Source: the human T2T-CHM13v2.0 reference genome, Homo sapiens. Taken from it: DNA of 64,000 nt. How positions within the stretch are numbered: the stretch's first letter is position 1; the number at the start of each line of letters is the position of its first letter. Below the pieces are notes generated by a model. It was not told the DNA's origin and did no database searches. It was given only the letters and a program-made list of their open reading frames with translations. Below are positions 1 through 16,649 of this stretch, piece after piece. The position numbers and the translations under genes were made by a program. The stretch lies in NCBI RefSeq assembly GCF_009914755.1, contig NC_060933.1; one strand, written 5' to 3'.

Positions 1-641
1 CCCAATCCTGTTGTTTGATTACCTAATAGTACAGTTCATGTAAGAAAAAAAGAAAAAGGGTGTAATATTTTCTTTTATTTAGTAGTTACCAAGATAATGA
101 ATTGATTTTCCAACATCTTTGAAAGTGGCCATTATTTATAAATGTTATTATTAACTCACGGATTTAAAGGCATTTGGGTTACAGTCCATTGTAATTTTTA
201 TTATTATTGAAATTCAGGTTGACTGAAATCAGATACTTTTCTAAAAGTTGTAATATCCTTAAGTGAGAATACTATTTCCGAACCTATATAATATGGGCAC
301 TAAAGGTAGCATTATTGCTGCCAGTTTGATCATTGTCTCTAGGGCATGTCCGGATGTAGGTAGGAAATAAACAAATACCCGTACACATTCATTCTTAGAG
401 TTGGAATGTCTAAGAATTCCTGGTATATTCCATTTTAAGGCTCCTGCTACTTTCTGGAAAATTTATTTTCTGGCAACTTATAGTAATTTGTACTCCTGCC
501 ACATTATTTATTATTTTATAGATAACTAGTTTCAATCTTTTGCCAATTCAATTTGCCATGATTACTATTCTTATGTTCTTTAGATTCATCTCTAAATTGA
601 CTTTTTGTATCTGTGATTCTGTAAAGATGGGTAACTATAGT

Positions 642-810
642 AATACCAGCTAACATTCATTGAGCAGCTACTGTGAGTCAAGCACTTTTCCTAGCACTTT
701 ACACACAACTCTCAAAGCAGTTGTGTAAAATACCATTACACCAACCATATAGATGACAAAAAAGAGGCTTAGGAAGATTAAATATTTCCAATATAGATCA
801 TACAGCCATA
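642..810 (-). mobile_element. MIR SINE fragment
   Basis: Degenerate MIR motifs (cattcattgagcagctactgtg...atagatgacaaaaaagaggcttagg...atcatacagc). Confidence 0.5.
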
Positions 811-829
811 GTTAGTCTTTTAGTTTTTT

Positions 830-1930
830 TGTCATCCTACTTTATCTGATTTAGTTTGCTTCTTATATCTCAGCTTTTTCTTCCTTTATAGATTTCTATT
901 TCTGATTCATAGAGGTCTTTTGTGTCCTATTGAGGATGGTAACTGCTTTTCTGAAATATTCTTTTGGTTCTTATAGTAAATAATTTTAACATGTATATAC
1001 TTTCTCCATTTTCTCAAAATTTCTAGTTTTCCTCCTTTTGTCCAAGGTCTTCTTCTGTTTATTCACACTGGGATCATGAGAAGTCTATTCGGACTTTGTA
1101 TTTGCCAATAGACAGGGTGTGTAACTTGCTCTTGGCCTTGCTCACTGACCACTTGTGAACTGTTCCATCTCATTCTCTGTTATACAACCAGAGAGCACGT
1201 TGCTATGCACAGCTGTTACTCCAATCTTGGGTGAACAGGCATTTGTCTAATGTAGCTTTAGTTGTTCGAGGAAGAATCTTCACTTACTCTCTTCCTGGGT
1301 CTCTGAAATGGAACCTATGGATTACATTGAAGACTGAAGACCTTAGTGTGTACTGCTACCAAGGTTTTCAGGTTCATGATCTCTTTATCCTCCTCCATCT
1401 CATGATGCAATACGTATTTATTCTATACCTCCAGGAAGGCATTGTGCCACTAGCAGTTCCCACCCTTCTTCAGGCATGGATGCATTTGTGTGTGTGTGTT
1501 TTCTTCCTAAGTGTTACAATTTCTAAATACATGTCAGAAGAGAAGAACTGAGGGAATAGTATGAGAACAGTGTGCTGGCTATTTCATATTGCTTACTCAT
1601 GCTATAGAGAAGTGATTTCCCAATTATCTGGTTAGTTCGGATGCTGTCTCCTTGGCAAAGGTGAGGCAGATGAAATTATAACCCCACTATTCCTTCAGAT
1701 TGATGAGTGTGCATTGTTTCATCTGGTAAAGCAGACACTGGCTTCTGTGTTTGATTCTTAGGTTGGCACCATTGGCATTGTAGTTAGGAGGATGTTCTCC
1801 CACACAAACAATGTGGTATCCTCGTTGATTGGTGCTAGTTTGATTTCATCTGTTTCCAGGTCTTACAGAATTTAGTGTAATGTTGGGACGGGCTGTGTCA
1901 TGCACTGGCTGGCCCCATGCCATTTTAAAA
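830..1930 (-). mobile_element. Ancient L1M-type LINE fragments (uncertain)
   Basis: T-rich degraded sequence resembling the antisense 5'/ORF1 part of L1ME/MC; recalled similarity only. Confidence 0.3.
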
Positions 1931-3499
1931 CCAGTATCTATGCATGAATTTTGAAGATCAGTTATTTTTAAAAGGTCTTTGGAGGGCTTCTAATACATTG
2001 GAAATCCTTCACTGAGGTTTTAAACATAATTTCTTTAAATGCAGAATGGTATCTAACTGCCTCAATGACACTGTATCTAGGGATTTTTTCCTATTCCAAG
2101 TACAGCTAGTACTGGTTTTTAATTGCATCGACCCAGAAGATATTTCCAATGTGCTCGTCTAGGGTCTTTCTTTGAGGCCCCTTTTTGAATCCTACTTCAG
2201 GAGTTCTGTATGATAAAAATTTCCTCCTCTCACAGTTTCGGGGAGTTTTCTCCTGATTCGATTACATTATTCAGTACCTAGAATCATTTTTGCTATATGT
2301 GTATACATTGAGCCTAATTTTTATAGTAAGCACAGACACTAACTGCATAAAAATCAAAGACAAATAAAACAGAAATGGAGTGTTTACTAGATTGCCAGTT
2401 AAAAATCTAATTTCTCTCTGCTATTGGAATGAGTAAGCCTTACAGGAAATAGGAAGAAGATGTGATATTAGAGAATAATTTTAATATTTCTTGGGCAATT
2501 TTTAATCCTTCCTCAGCAGTGAGTACAATGTGACAATGCTTTCTGGAATAGGAAAGGAGACCAAATTACAAGGAAGGAAGCTGAGATACAGGAGGTAGAC
2601 TTTGCCTTCATGAGGTGTCTGGTGTCAGACACATCATTTAGCCATATTCTAATAAAAAGCAATTATAGTTTGTAAATCCACACCCTTTGGAAGGAGTTAA
2701 GGTCATATACAGCAATAGTTTTTCCTTTACACATCTTACCTTTTTTCCATAACTAAGAAAATGATCACGAGCACTGCTGAGTTGTACATTCTGTTTGTTT
2801 TCTATAAAATGAGATCTGAAGAAATATTTGAGCAGTATACTAAATGAGCTAGAACACCTAGTTGTAGATTAAACACATGTCTAATCTATACATTAAGTTA
2901 TTTTTAGAAAGTGTTCTTAGAGAGGATCTTAAATAAGTTGAATATTAGATAATTTTTGAAGTCTAAAATTTATAAAATATTATTTCCATTAGGCCAGTAA
3001 AAAAGCGGAAAATAATTTTATAAAGGTAACAGTTACTTTAGGCATATGCAAACTTGTTTTGGTGTTAAGAGTTTATATTACATGCTATATTAAAAGTCCA
3101 TGATGAATTTCTTTTTAAATATAGAATCATAAAAACAAAAACCATAAAATAAAAGTTGAGGATAATAAAAGATAACTGTAGTAACCTTATCCTGTACCTC
3201 TGGGCTTGTCTCTTTTATCAGCCTTGAACACGTGGCTAATCTTCAAGTAGTATATTCAGATGCCTGCTCTATGTTTCTAATTGGGTATTAACACTGATAT
3301 TTCCCTCTTAATGGGGCCTCATCATTTTCCCCTAGTTCCCATTCTAGACCATCAGTATTTCTTATTTCAAATAATGTTCTACCATCTATCCAATGACTTC
3401 AAAAACAACAACAAATGGGAGTATCTTAACCTCTTCCTGCAAGGACCCATTGTATCTTTTATCAACAAGTCCTCAAAACTACCCCCTCCTATCTACCCC

Positions 3500-4120
3500 A
3501 ACTGCCCTGTTAGCTCTTACTCAGAACATGGCATTATCCTCCTCTTTGCCTTTTTCATGTGAGCATCTATGCCATTTCTGTGTCTAAAACCCTTGGATGA
3601 CTCACTGCTGTCCTCAGAGTGAAATAGAAGCACTTGGGTGTGGAGTACAGGCCTTGTGGTAACCTAGCCTGAGCCACTTGGACAGCTTGACCCTTCTTTC
3701 TTGTCACCTTTAACTTGATGCTTCAGTGACTCTGAGCTGTGGGTAGGTGTTAAGGCTGCCACAGTGGCTTCCCTCCTGTATTTTTGCTGTTTCCTGTGTA
3801 CAGAATGACATTTTCCTTCTTTATTCTACATGTTCCTCCTTACCCTTTAAGTCTGAGCTCATGCATCATCTTCTGCAGGATGTTGTCCCTGGTTCTGCTC
3901 CCCCTTGACCCCTTAAATTGGATTAGGCACCTCTGTGCTCCATTGACACTGTGTGCTTACTCCTATCTTCACACTTACTTGGTCTCTTCCTCTGGCACTG
4001 AGTTTGCCAAAAAATATTTATGTCTTTTCCCTGTGAAACTCCATGCTTTTTGGAGGTAGGAATCAAGTTTAATGTGTCTAGCACAGACCTTGGAGCACAG
4101 AAAAAGATTAATTGAATTTA
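3500..4120 (+). mobile_element. L2 LINE 3' fragment
   Basis: L2-like motifs (aaaacccttggatgactcactgctg; tgtctagcacagaccttggagcacag...ttaattgaat). Confidence 0.5.
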
Positions 4121-5334
4121 TGTATGCAATCATAAACATGCTTTACTTTAAATAGTAGATGTTTTCCTAAACATTTCTATATACATTTGCTGTGTAGTAA
4201 ATTTGGTTATTGTTACATAAATATCTGTTTGCACACATACATATATACATATAAATAACTAATTTTGTTCATATGGCAAAACTGATTTCTGAAAGGTGGC
4301 CTTAATGCTGTTTGTTTTGTGAAGGTCATTCAGGTATGAGAAAATAAAATATACTATTATAACACATTTGTCTTTAATTGATAGTTTGGAGGGTTGGAAA
4401 ATGTAGTCAAGCAAACTGCCATGTGTCCTTTGAACATTGAAACCAACTTTGGTTTTTGGAGCTAGCTATTGACCTTGAAAAATAGTTTCTTGTCTATTCA
4501 ACTGACAAGAGTAAATTCTTTAGGATCTCCAAACTAGTGAATAGTTTTGTGACTTAAATTTGTTTTAGCTTCTTAGTCTCCAAGTGCCTAAAAACTATCA
4601 ATACTACTTTAACTGTGATATTAAGTGGGCTTTTAAATCTAGGACACAAGCAATCATAGCTAATTAGAAGTCTTACAATTGGTACACAATTAAATTAACC
4701 TGTGGTATAAACGTTTCACAGAGAGAACAATCATAATTCACAAAATACCTGTACTGTTATTGGAAAAGTAAACATTTATATGACTTTATGAAGGTAATTT
4801 TTTCCATGTCAACAGCTGTTATAAAATTGTGGCCCAATTTAAGTAGCTTTGCAAATTTAACTAAATGGGGCTTTTATTCAATTTTATTTTATAAAATTTA
4901 GTTTTGTTTTGGTAGTTCTTCTGCCTGTATACTTGAAGATGCCTGTCCAAAAGATACATTTTTAACTTCTTAAATGTGACCATTCATCAGGGGAGATTAT
5001 CCTTTTTATTATTTTATATGGGGAAAAAGACAACTTAAAGCATATCATGTGCATATTTTTCTTCTGTGATACTAATCAGAACTAGGTAAGACTCTCTCCC
5101 TATATCCTTCATATCTTTCTTTTTATTTTAAAGTTAAAATTTTTATTTACTTTTTCTGGCTTTATCAAAATAGAATTGACAAAATTATATATATTTAAGG
5201 TGTACAATGTGATGTTTTGATATATGTATACATTGTAAAATGATTACCACTATACACTAATTAACATATTCATCATCTCACAGTGACCTATTTTTTGTGT
5301 GTTTGTGGTGAGAACATTTAAGTTCTATTTTCTT

Positions 5335-7630
<2,296 letters not shown>

Positions 7631-8485
7631 TAGTAATTTTCTGCAATACGGTGTAAATGTAGTCACCATGCTGTACTGATCTCTGAAACTTATTCATCCT
7701 ACGTAACTGAAACTTTGTACCTTTTGACCAACATCTCCCCAATGTTCCTACCCCTCAGCCCCTGGCAATCACCATTCTGCTCTCTGCCTCTATGAGTTTG
7801 ACTTATTTAGATTCCATATATGTGAGATCATACAGTATTTATCTTTCTGTGCCTTGCTTATTTCACTTAGCATAGTGTCCTCCAGATTCATCCATGTTGT
7901 TTTAAATGGCAGGATCTCCTTCTTTTGTTAAGGCCGAGTAATATTTCATGATATATATGTGTGTATATTTGTGTATATCATATTTTACTAATGCACTCGT
8001 CTGTTGAACACTTAGGTTGTTTCCATATGTTGGCTATTATGAATAATGCTGCAATGAATATGGGGTTCTTTGGGATAGTGATTTCATTTTTTTGATACAT
8101 AGCTGAATGGGGATTGTTTGATCATCTAATAGTTCTGTTTTTAATTTCTTGAGGAATCCTCATACATTTTTTCTTAATGGTTGCACTAATTTACATTCCT
8201 ACCAACACTGCACAAAGTTTCCCTTTTTTTTCACATCCTCCCCAAAAGTTAACCTTCATCTTTGTGATAGTAACCACTCCAAGAGATGCAAAGTGGTATT
8301 TTATTATGTCTTTGATTTGTATTTCACAGAAAGTCGTGATGTCAAGCATCTTTTTATGTATTTGTATGGCCATTTCTATGTTTTCTGTAAAAAATGTCCA
8401 TTCAGGTTCTTTGGCATTTTTTAATTGGGTCATTTTTTTTTCTTTGGCTACTGAGTTGTATGAGTTCTTTACATGTTTTGGTTAT

Positions 8486-8828
8486 TGTCTTGGCTTATTT
8501 GAGCTGTTATAACAAAATATCATAAGCTGAGTAGCTTACAACAATATAAATTTATTTCTTACAGTTCTTGGGGCTGAGAAGTCCAAGATCAGGGCACCAG
8601 CAGATTTAATGTCTGGTGAGAGCTCGATCTCTGATTCATAAATGGCATCTTCTAGCTGTGTCTTCGCGTAGTAGCAAGGTAAAGAAGCTCCACTCATCAA
8701 GAGCACTAATACCATTCGTGAGGGCTGAGCCTAATCATCTCCCAAAGGCCCCACCTCTTCATAGTTAACTATGGCCATTAGGTTTCATCATGTGGATTTG
8801 GGGGGTCACAAACATTGAGACCATAGCA
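8486..8828 (-). mobile_element. MLT1A-type MaLR solo LTR inserted in L1MA
   Basis: TG...CA ends (tgtcttggc...aacattgagaccatagca) with MaLR motif tttatttcttacagttct...gtccaagatca. Confidence 0.8.
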
Positions 8829-9870
8829 GACACTAACCTCTTATCACAGATATGGTTTGCAAATGTTTTTTGCCATTCTGAAGGTCTTCCACTCTGTAGG
8901 CCATTTTGTTGATTGATTCCTATGCTGCACAGAAATTTTTTAGTTTGACATATACCCACTTGTTTATTTTTGCTTTTGTTGCCTGTGCTTTTGGTATTGT
9001 TACAAAAAATCATTGCCCGGATCAATGTCATAAAGCTTTTCACCTATACTTTCTTCTTGGTGTTTTATGATTTCAGTTCTGATATTTAACTGTTTATCTA
9101 TTTAGAGTTGATTTCTGTGTTTGGGTAAGATAAAGGTCTGATTTTATTCTTTTGCATGTGGATATCCAGTTTTTCCAACACTATTTATTGAAGGAACTAG
9201 CCTTCCCCGACTGTGTATTCTTGGCAACTTTGTTGAAGATTACTTCACTGTATATGTGTGAATTTATTTCTGGGCTCTCTGTCCATTCTGATCCTTTGGT
9301 CATTGTGTCTATTTTTATGTGAGTACCATACTATTTTGATTACTATTAATTTGTAATATAATTTGAAATCAGGAAGTGTGATGCTTCCAGCTTTGTTCTT
9401 GTTCAAGATCGCTTTAGCTATTTGGGGATCTTTTGTGATTTCATAAAAATTTAGTATTTTTTTTTCTATTTCTAGTTTTAAAAAGCCAGTGAGATTTTGA
9501 TAGAGATTGTATTACATCTGTATATCATTTTGGGTAGTATGGGCAATTTAACAGTATTAAGTCTTCCAATTCGTGAACATGGGATATCTTTCCATTTATT
9601 TATGTCTTCTTCAGTTTTTTTAAATCAGTATTTTATAGTTTTTGGTGTACAGCTCTTTCACCTCCTTGCTTAAATTTGTTCCTAAGTATCACATTCTTTT
9701 TGATACAATTGTACATGGGATTGTTTTCTCAAAACAATTTTTTTTTATTCTCGGAGAATTGGTTGTTAGTGTACAGAAACATAGCTGGTTTCTGTATGTT
9801 GCTTTTGTATCTGCAACTTTACTGAGTTCTTTGATCAGTCCTAACAGTTTTTTGGTGAAGTCCTTAAGGT

Positions 9871-9990
9871 TCTTTCTCTCTCTCTCCACTCTCTCTTTCT
9901 CACTCTCTCTCTTGCTCTCGCTCTCTCTCTCTCCCTCCCTCCCCTCCCTCCCTGCCCCCTGCCTCCCCGATCCATCCATCCATCATCAAT
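9871..9990. repeat. (CT)n / (CCCT)n / (CCAT)n compound microsatellite
   Basis: Directly visible pyrimidine-rich repeat tract. Confidence 0.9.
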
Positions 9991-12900
9991 CATCTACAAA
10001 CAGATATAAATTTACTTATTTCTTTCTAATTTGGATGCCTTTTATTTTGTTTTTCTTGCCTAGTTGCTCGGGCTATGACTTTCAATACAATTTTGAATAT
10101 AAATGGCAAGAATGGGTATTGTTTTTTCCTTCCTGATCTTGGAGAAAAAGCTTTTCACTGTTGAGTATGGTGTTAGTTGTGGGCTTATCACACATAGTCT
10201 TTATGAGGTTGAGGCACATTCTTTCTATACCTAATTTGTTGAGAGTTTTTATTATAATAGGATGTTAAATTTCATCGGATGCCTTTTCTTTATTGAATAA
10301 TCTTATGATCTTTTATCTTTCATTCTGTTAATGGGGTGTATCACATTTATTGGTTTGTGTATGTTAAAATATCCTTGTATCCCAGAGATGAATCTCACTT
10401 GATCATGGTGTATGATCCTTTTAATGTGCTGTTTAATTCAGTTTGCCATTATTTTATTGATGATTTTTATGTCTATGTTCATCAGGGCTGTTGGCCTATG
10501 ATTTTCTTTTCTTGTAATGTCCTTGCCTAGCTTTGGTATCAGAGCAATGCTGGCCTTGTAAAATTAATTTGGAAAAATTCATTCTTCAAAAAGATTTTGA
10601 GAAGGATTGATATTAGTTATTCTTTAAATGTTTAGTAAAATTCCTGGACTTTTTTCTTTGAAAGATTTTTGATTATTGATTCAATCTCCTTACTCATTAT
10701 TGGTTTGTTCAGATGATCTATTTCTCCATTATTTAGTCTTGGTTGGTTCTATGTTTCTTGAAATTTATCCACTTTTTTATAGGTTATTAAATTTGTTGGC
10801 ATATAGTTGTTCATAGTAGTCCCTTATGATTGATTCTTTGTATTTTTATGATATCAGTTGTAATGTCTCTTCTTTTATTTATGATTTTACTCATTTGAGT
10901 CTTCTCTTTTTTTCTTAGTCTACCTAAAGGTCTAACATACAATCTATTCTGCAGAAGGTTTTGTGTGTTCTTGAAGAAGATGTATTTTCTGCTGGTGTTC
11001 TTGAAGAAAATGTATATTCTACAGCTGTTGAATAGATGTTCTATATTAATCTGTTAGGTCTATTTGGTCTAAAGCATAGTTCAAATCCAATGTTTCCTTG
11101 TTGATTTTCTGTTTGGATGAAAGTGGCTATTAAAATCCCCTACCATTATTGTATTGCTATTTCCCCCTTGAGTTCTGTTAATATTTGCTTTATATTCATA
11201 TGGGTGCTTCAGTGTGTTGGATATGATTGTTTCTATTCTCTTGATTAATTGACCCCTTTAAAAAAATTATATGTGAACTTCTATGTCTCTCTTTACTGGT
11301 TTTAAAGTCCATTTTGTCTGATATAAGTATAACTATACTTCTGTTCTCTTTTAGTTTTCATTTGTATGGAATATCTTTTTCCATTTCTTTATGTTTATCC
11401 ATGTGTGTCCTTAAAGCTGAAGTGAGTCTGTTTTGTAGGAGGCATATAGTTTGGTTATTTTTTTATCCCTCTATGTCTTTTGGTTGGAAAATTTAATCGA
11501 TTTTCATTTCAAGTGATTATCAATAAGTAAATACTTACCATTGCTGTTGTGTCCATTGTTTTCTGGCTTTTTTGTAGTTCCTTTGTTATTTTTTCCTTTT
11601 TTGCTGTCTTCCTTTGTGATTAGATGATTTTCTGTTGTGGTATTATTCGATTTCTTTCTCTTTATTTTGGGGGAATTTGTTATGGGTTTTTGCTTTGTAT
11701 TTCCATGAGGCTTACATAAAACATCTTACAGTTGTAACACCTTATTTTATGCTAATAACTTAACTTTGATTGCTTACGAAAACACTATACTTTTTATTTC
11801 TCCCTCCACATTTTATGTTTTTACTGTCATAAATTAAACTTTTAAATATGATGTACTCATTAACAAATTATTGTAACTATAAATGCCTTTGTCTTTTAAT
11901 CTTTATATCAGAGTTAAAAATGACTTACATTATTACCATTACAGTATTAGAGTATTATGAATTTTTCTAAATACTTACCTTTACCATTGATTTTTTTTAC
12001 CATCATATATTTTCTTGTTACTATTAGGGTCTTCACATTTCAGCTTGAAGAACCCTTTAGCATTTCTCATAAGCCAGGGCTAGTGACAATAAACTCCTTC
12101 AGTTCTTGTTTGTCTGAGAGAGTCTTTAATTCTCCTTCATTTGAAATACAGCTTTACTAGGTAAAGTATTCTTGGTTGACAGTTTTTTTTTTTTCTTTCA
12201 GCATTTTTCATGTGTCACTGCACTGTCTCCTGGCCTGCAAATTTTCTGCTCAGACATATGCTGATGGTCTTATTGGTGGTGTCTATGCGTGTGACAATCT
12301 CTTTTTTCTTGCTGCTTTAAAAAATTTCCCTCCGATTTTGACAGTTTGATTATAATGTATCTGATAAAGTCTTCTTTGGGTTGATTTTGTTTGGAGACTT
12401 TCAGGATTCATAAACCTGGATGTCCATATTGCTTCCCAGATCTGGGGAGTTTCCAGTCATTATTTCTTTATATATTACCCTGCTCCTTTCTCTTTCTTTT
12501 CTTCTTCTTGGATTACTTTAATGCACATATTTGTTCTTTTGATGGTACCTTATAAATTCCACAGGCTTTTACAATTTCTTTTCTCTTTTACTTTCTTTTT
12601 TCTCCTCTGACTGGATAATTTCAAATGTCCTGTCTTTCAGTTCATAGATTCTCTCTTGATCAAGAAAGATCAGGGTCATGCTTGATAAAGTCTATTATTA
12701 CTCTCTATTGCATTGTTCATTTCATTCACTGTATTCCTCAGCCATGGATTTTTTTTTTTTATTTCTGTCTCTCTGCTTAACGTCATGTTTTTTTCATGTA
12801 TTGGTACTGAACTTTCTTAAGACAGTGACTTTGAATTCTTAGGAGCTTTTGTAAGATCAGTTACTAGTGCTTTGTTCTTTGGTGGTATTTTGTTTTGCTG

Positions 12901-13749
12901 CTTGTCTGTAATTCTTGATTCTGCTTTTCTGTGGCTCTGGTGTTTGTGCATTGGAAAGAGTAAGTACCTCTTTCAGGAGTTCCAGACTGGCTTCAATAGT
13001 GAAACCCTTCATTGGTTAGCCCTTCCAGGGATTCTGGTTCAGTCAGCTGGTGGGGTCCATGAGCATGCCTACTGCCAGAGTCCTTGGGTAGGCTAGACTG
13101 GTGCCTGAGTTAATGGGTGGGTAGTCCTTCTGCTTGGGTCCAGAAGGACAGGAGCTTAGAACTGAGGGGGCTAACATGAAGCTTGGAACCGTGGAAACCA
13201 GCTTGGCATTGAAATTCAATAGGGTGAGCATAGTGCTGGGGTCACTGGTAAAGTTTTGTGCTAACTTCACTCTCCTATCCCATGCAGAGGCCATTTCTCT
13301 TTGTACTGTACTGCGTGGGCAGTACAGAGAAGGGTGACATGGGTAGTGTGAAACTGTTCTTTCTACTTCTTAAATGAGTATTTTCTTAGTTCTGTGCTCC
13401 ACCCAGATGCTATAATTTCTCACCTGTATTCATTAGATCTTGTGAAGGTAGTTTTGCTTGCAGATAGTTGTTCAAATTAATATTTATTTAAGGGGATGTG
13501 TGTCAGAAATTCCTATTCTTCCATCTTGCTGACATTACCCCCCACCACATCTCTTTTTATTCTGCATTTTCCATCTTTTTGCCTCCTGTGTCACATTTTG
13601 GTCTGTTTTTTTTTCTTTTTCTATCTTCTAATTTACCAATTTTCTCTTCTGTTACCAAACATGGCCACTGGGTTTTAATTTTGATTACTAGCTATACTTT
13701 TTATTTCTAGCACTTCTACTTGACTTCTTTTCAAATCTTCTGTGTCATC

Positions 13750-14551
13750 TGTATGAACTGAATGTTTGTGTTCCCTCAAGTTCATTTCTTGAAATTCTAA
13801 CCCCAGCATGATGGTGTGATGGGGTTGGGAGGTGGGGTTTTTGGGGGGCAATTGGGTCATGAGGGTAGAGCCTTCAGGAATGGTATTAGGACCCTTATCA
13901 AGAGAAACACAAAAGAGAGGATCACTGTCTTGGCCATATGAGAATACTGTCTTAGTCTGTATTTGTTGCTATGGAGGAATACTTGAGGCTGGTATATAAA
14001 GAAAATACATTTATTTGGCTTACAGTTCTGCAGGCTGTATAAGAAGTAATCTTCTTATACAGACATTCTGACATCTGCTTCTGATAGGGGCTTCAGGCTT
14101 CTGCCCATGCAGAAGGTGAAGGGAAGCCAGTGTGTAGAGATCAAACTGGGGGAGAGAGGAGGGAAGTGCTGCACTCTTGACAACCAGCTTTTGGGGAAAC
14201 TCTCCTGGGAATTAGTGGAGGGAGAACTCACTCATTGCCACGAGGATGGGACCAAGCCATTCACGAGGGATTCATCCCCATGATCCAGATACTTCCCGTT
14301 AGGTACTACTTCTAACATTGGGGCTCAAAGTTCAACATAAGATTTGGTGGGGTCATAGCTTATCAAAACCATAGCAGATACAATGGGAAGGTGGCCTTCT
14401 GAAAACCAGGAAGAATGCCCTCACCAGATACCAGGTCTGCCAGTGTTGTGATCTTGGACTTTCCACCTACCAGAACTATGAGAAATAGATTTGTTGGTTA
14501 AGCCACCCAATCTATGGTGTTCTGCTATTGCAGACTGAACTGAGTAGAACA
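13750..14551 (+). mobile_element. MLT1A-type MaLR LTR, split by a nested MST LTR
   Basis: tgtatgaactgaatgtttgtgttccc...ttggactttcca...gactgaactgagtagaaca; possible flanking gtcat/gtcac TSD. Confidence 0.8.
13948..14376 (-). mobile_element. MSTB-like MaLR LTR nested in MLT1A
   Basis: tgtcttagtctg...aaaccatagca ends; 5-bp TSD aatac (13943-13947) / gatac (14377-14381). Confidence 0.8.
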
Positions 14552-15553
14552 GTCACCTTTTATGATTCCCTATTCCCTGGAAATATTTTTAAGCTTGCTA
14601 TTTATTTCATTAAGTATGCTAGTCCTAGTTATTTTGGTCATTTAAACATCTAAAGTCACTACAGGTCTCTTTCTGCTTTTTATTTGTGCTGGTTCTTGAT
14701 CATGCTGCCTTATTTCCTGTGTGTCTTATTAATTTTGACTGCTTGCTTGTCATCAACCTTGAAAATTGTTCGAGTCAGCCATCTTTATGGTCTAGGATGA
14801 ACGTGTCCTTCTTCAAAGAGATTTTGCGTTTTCTTCTGCCAGGCACCTGAGGCCATTCCCTTTAGAAACCTTTTATACTTATGGATTGAGGTTTTTTGGC
14901 CCACTGAAGCTGCTTGCACTTGTGGTATAAATCTATTCAAGGTTCACTGTATGATCACACATTGTTAGATACAGGTTCTGTTTGTACTTTTCTTGCTTTA
15001 CCCCAGGACATCTTTCTCTGTAGCTCCTAGAAGCTGGTGAGGGTGAGGTGGGGTGAAAAAAGTGCTTAGTTTGGGGTTGCCCTTGTCACTAGGATATAGC
15101 TATTTGGGCACCTATTTAGAGTATAAGACTCCCCACCATGGTTGGACTTTGGCCTTGACTTCTGCAAGGTCAAGCAACAAAATCTCAAGTGTGAGGTATT
15201 GATAAATGCCTTTGGGGCAAAAATGGCTTTCCACTCAGATGCACTTAAAAAGGGAGAAGGCCTGGTTTATGAATAAATCACACTACTTGCTTAAACATTT
15301 TCCATATGGATAGTTCTCTTTTAAATACTGGTGTTCCTCTCTCTTGTTTTATAGTTTTCCTCGACATTTCCCTGAAGCTTCCAGTTATACACATCTTATA
15401 CACATTCATTACTGACATAGCATGACATTAGTTTGGTGATAAAGCCATGAAAATTTTATAGCATTCAATCAAATATCAATATCATTTACAGATCCATATG
15501 AGTTGTGGCCTTGTCAGATGGAAAGACTATGAATACAATTAAGAATAAAACCA

Positions 15554-15919
<366 letters not shown>

Positions 15920-16118
15920 TTAAATGGCAGAATCAGTTAATGTGTAACACTGGGAGAGAATAAAATATTAAAGGGAATCACCTGTCTGAGTTTTACAAGA
16001 AGCATTCAATCTTATTGCTGTCTCCCAAAATACCATCAGAATAAGCAGTCTCAGCTTATTATCACTTATCACCAAGATAATGGCAGTTCTCACTTGGGAT
16101 GTTATTATTTTCTTAGAG

Positions 16119-16272
16119 CAGAGGTTCTCAATCCTGGCTGCATATTACCATTATATGAACAGCTTGAAAAAAAAAATCATCCTCAGAGATTGTGAGTTAA
16201 GTTGGTTAGATTGGGGCTAGGCATTAGTACTTCCTCCCTCCCCTTTTCAACTATTTTTTTTTTTCATTTTCT

Positions 16273-16305
<33 letters not shown>

Positions 16306-16649
16306 TTTGAGACTGAATCTTGCTCTGTCACCAGGCTGGAGTGCAATGGCACGATCTCTGCTCACTGCAACCTCCAGCCTCCTGGGTTCAAGCGATTCTC
16401 CTGCCTCAGCCTCCCGAGCAGCTGGGACTACAGGTGGGCACCACCATGCCCAGCTAATTTTTGTATTTTTAGTAGGGATGGGGTTTCACCATGTTAGCCA
16501 GGATGGTCTCGATCTGTTGACTTTGTGATCTGCCCGCCTCAGCCTCCCAAAATGCTGGGATTACAGGCGTGAGCCACCTCGCCCGGCCCCTTTTCAACTT
16601 TTAAAGAATCCTAGGTGATCTTAATGTGTGGCCAAGATTGAGAACCTCT
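16119..16649. mobile_element. MER5-family (hAT-Charlie) element interrupted by an Alu
   Basis: TIR-like ends cagaggttctcaatcctggctgca ... gccaagattgagaacctct. Confidence 0.65.
16253..16588 (-). mobile_element. AluSc-like
   Basis: Poly(T) then Alu antisense; ctgtcaccaggctgg and ggatggtctcgatct variants; TSD ccttttcaact at 16242-16252 and 16589-16599. Confidence 0.93.

Noticed and set aside
9642-10136. 164-aa hydrophobic ORF
   Set aside because: Antisense of degraded L1 ORF2 plus a (CT)n tract.
12654-12690. Palindrome tcttgatcaaga with a nearby partial repeat in L1MA
   Set aside because: Possibly another templated insert, but too short and too diverged to support on its own.
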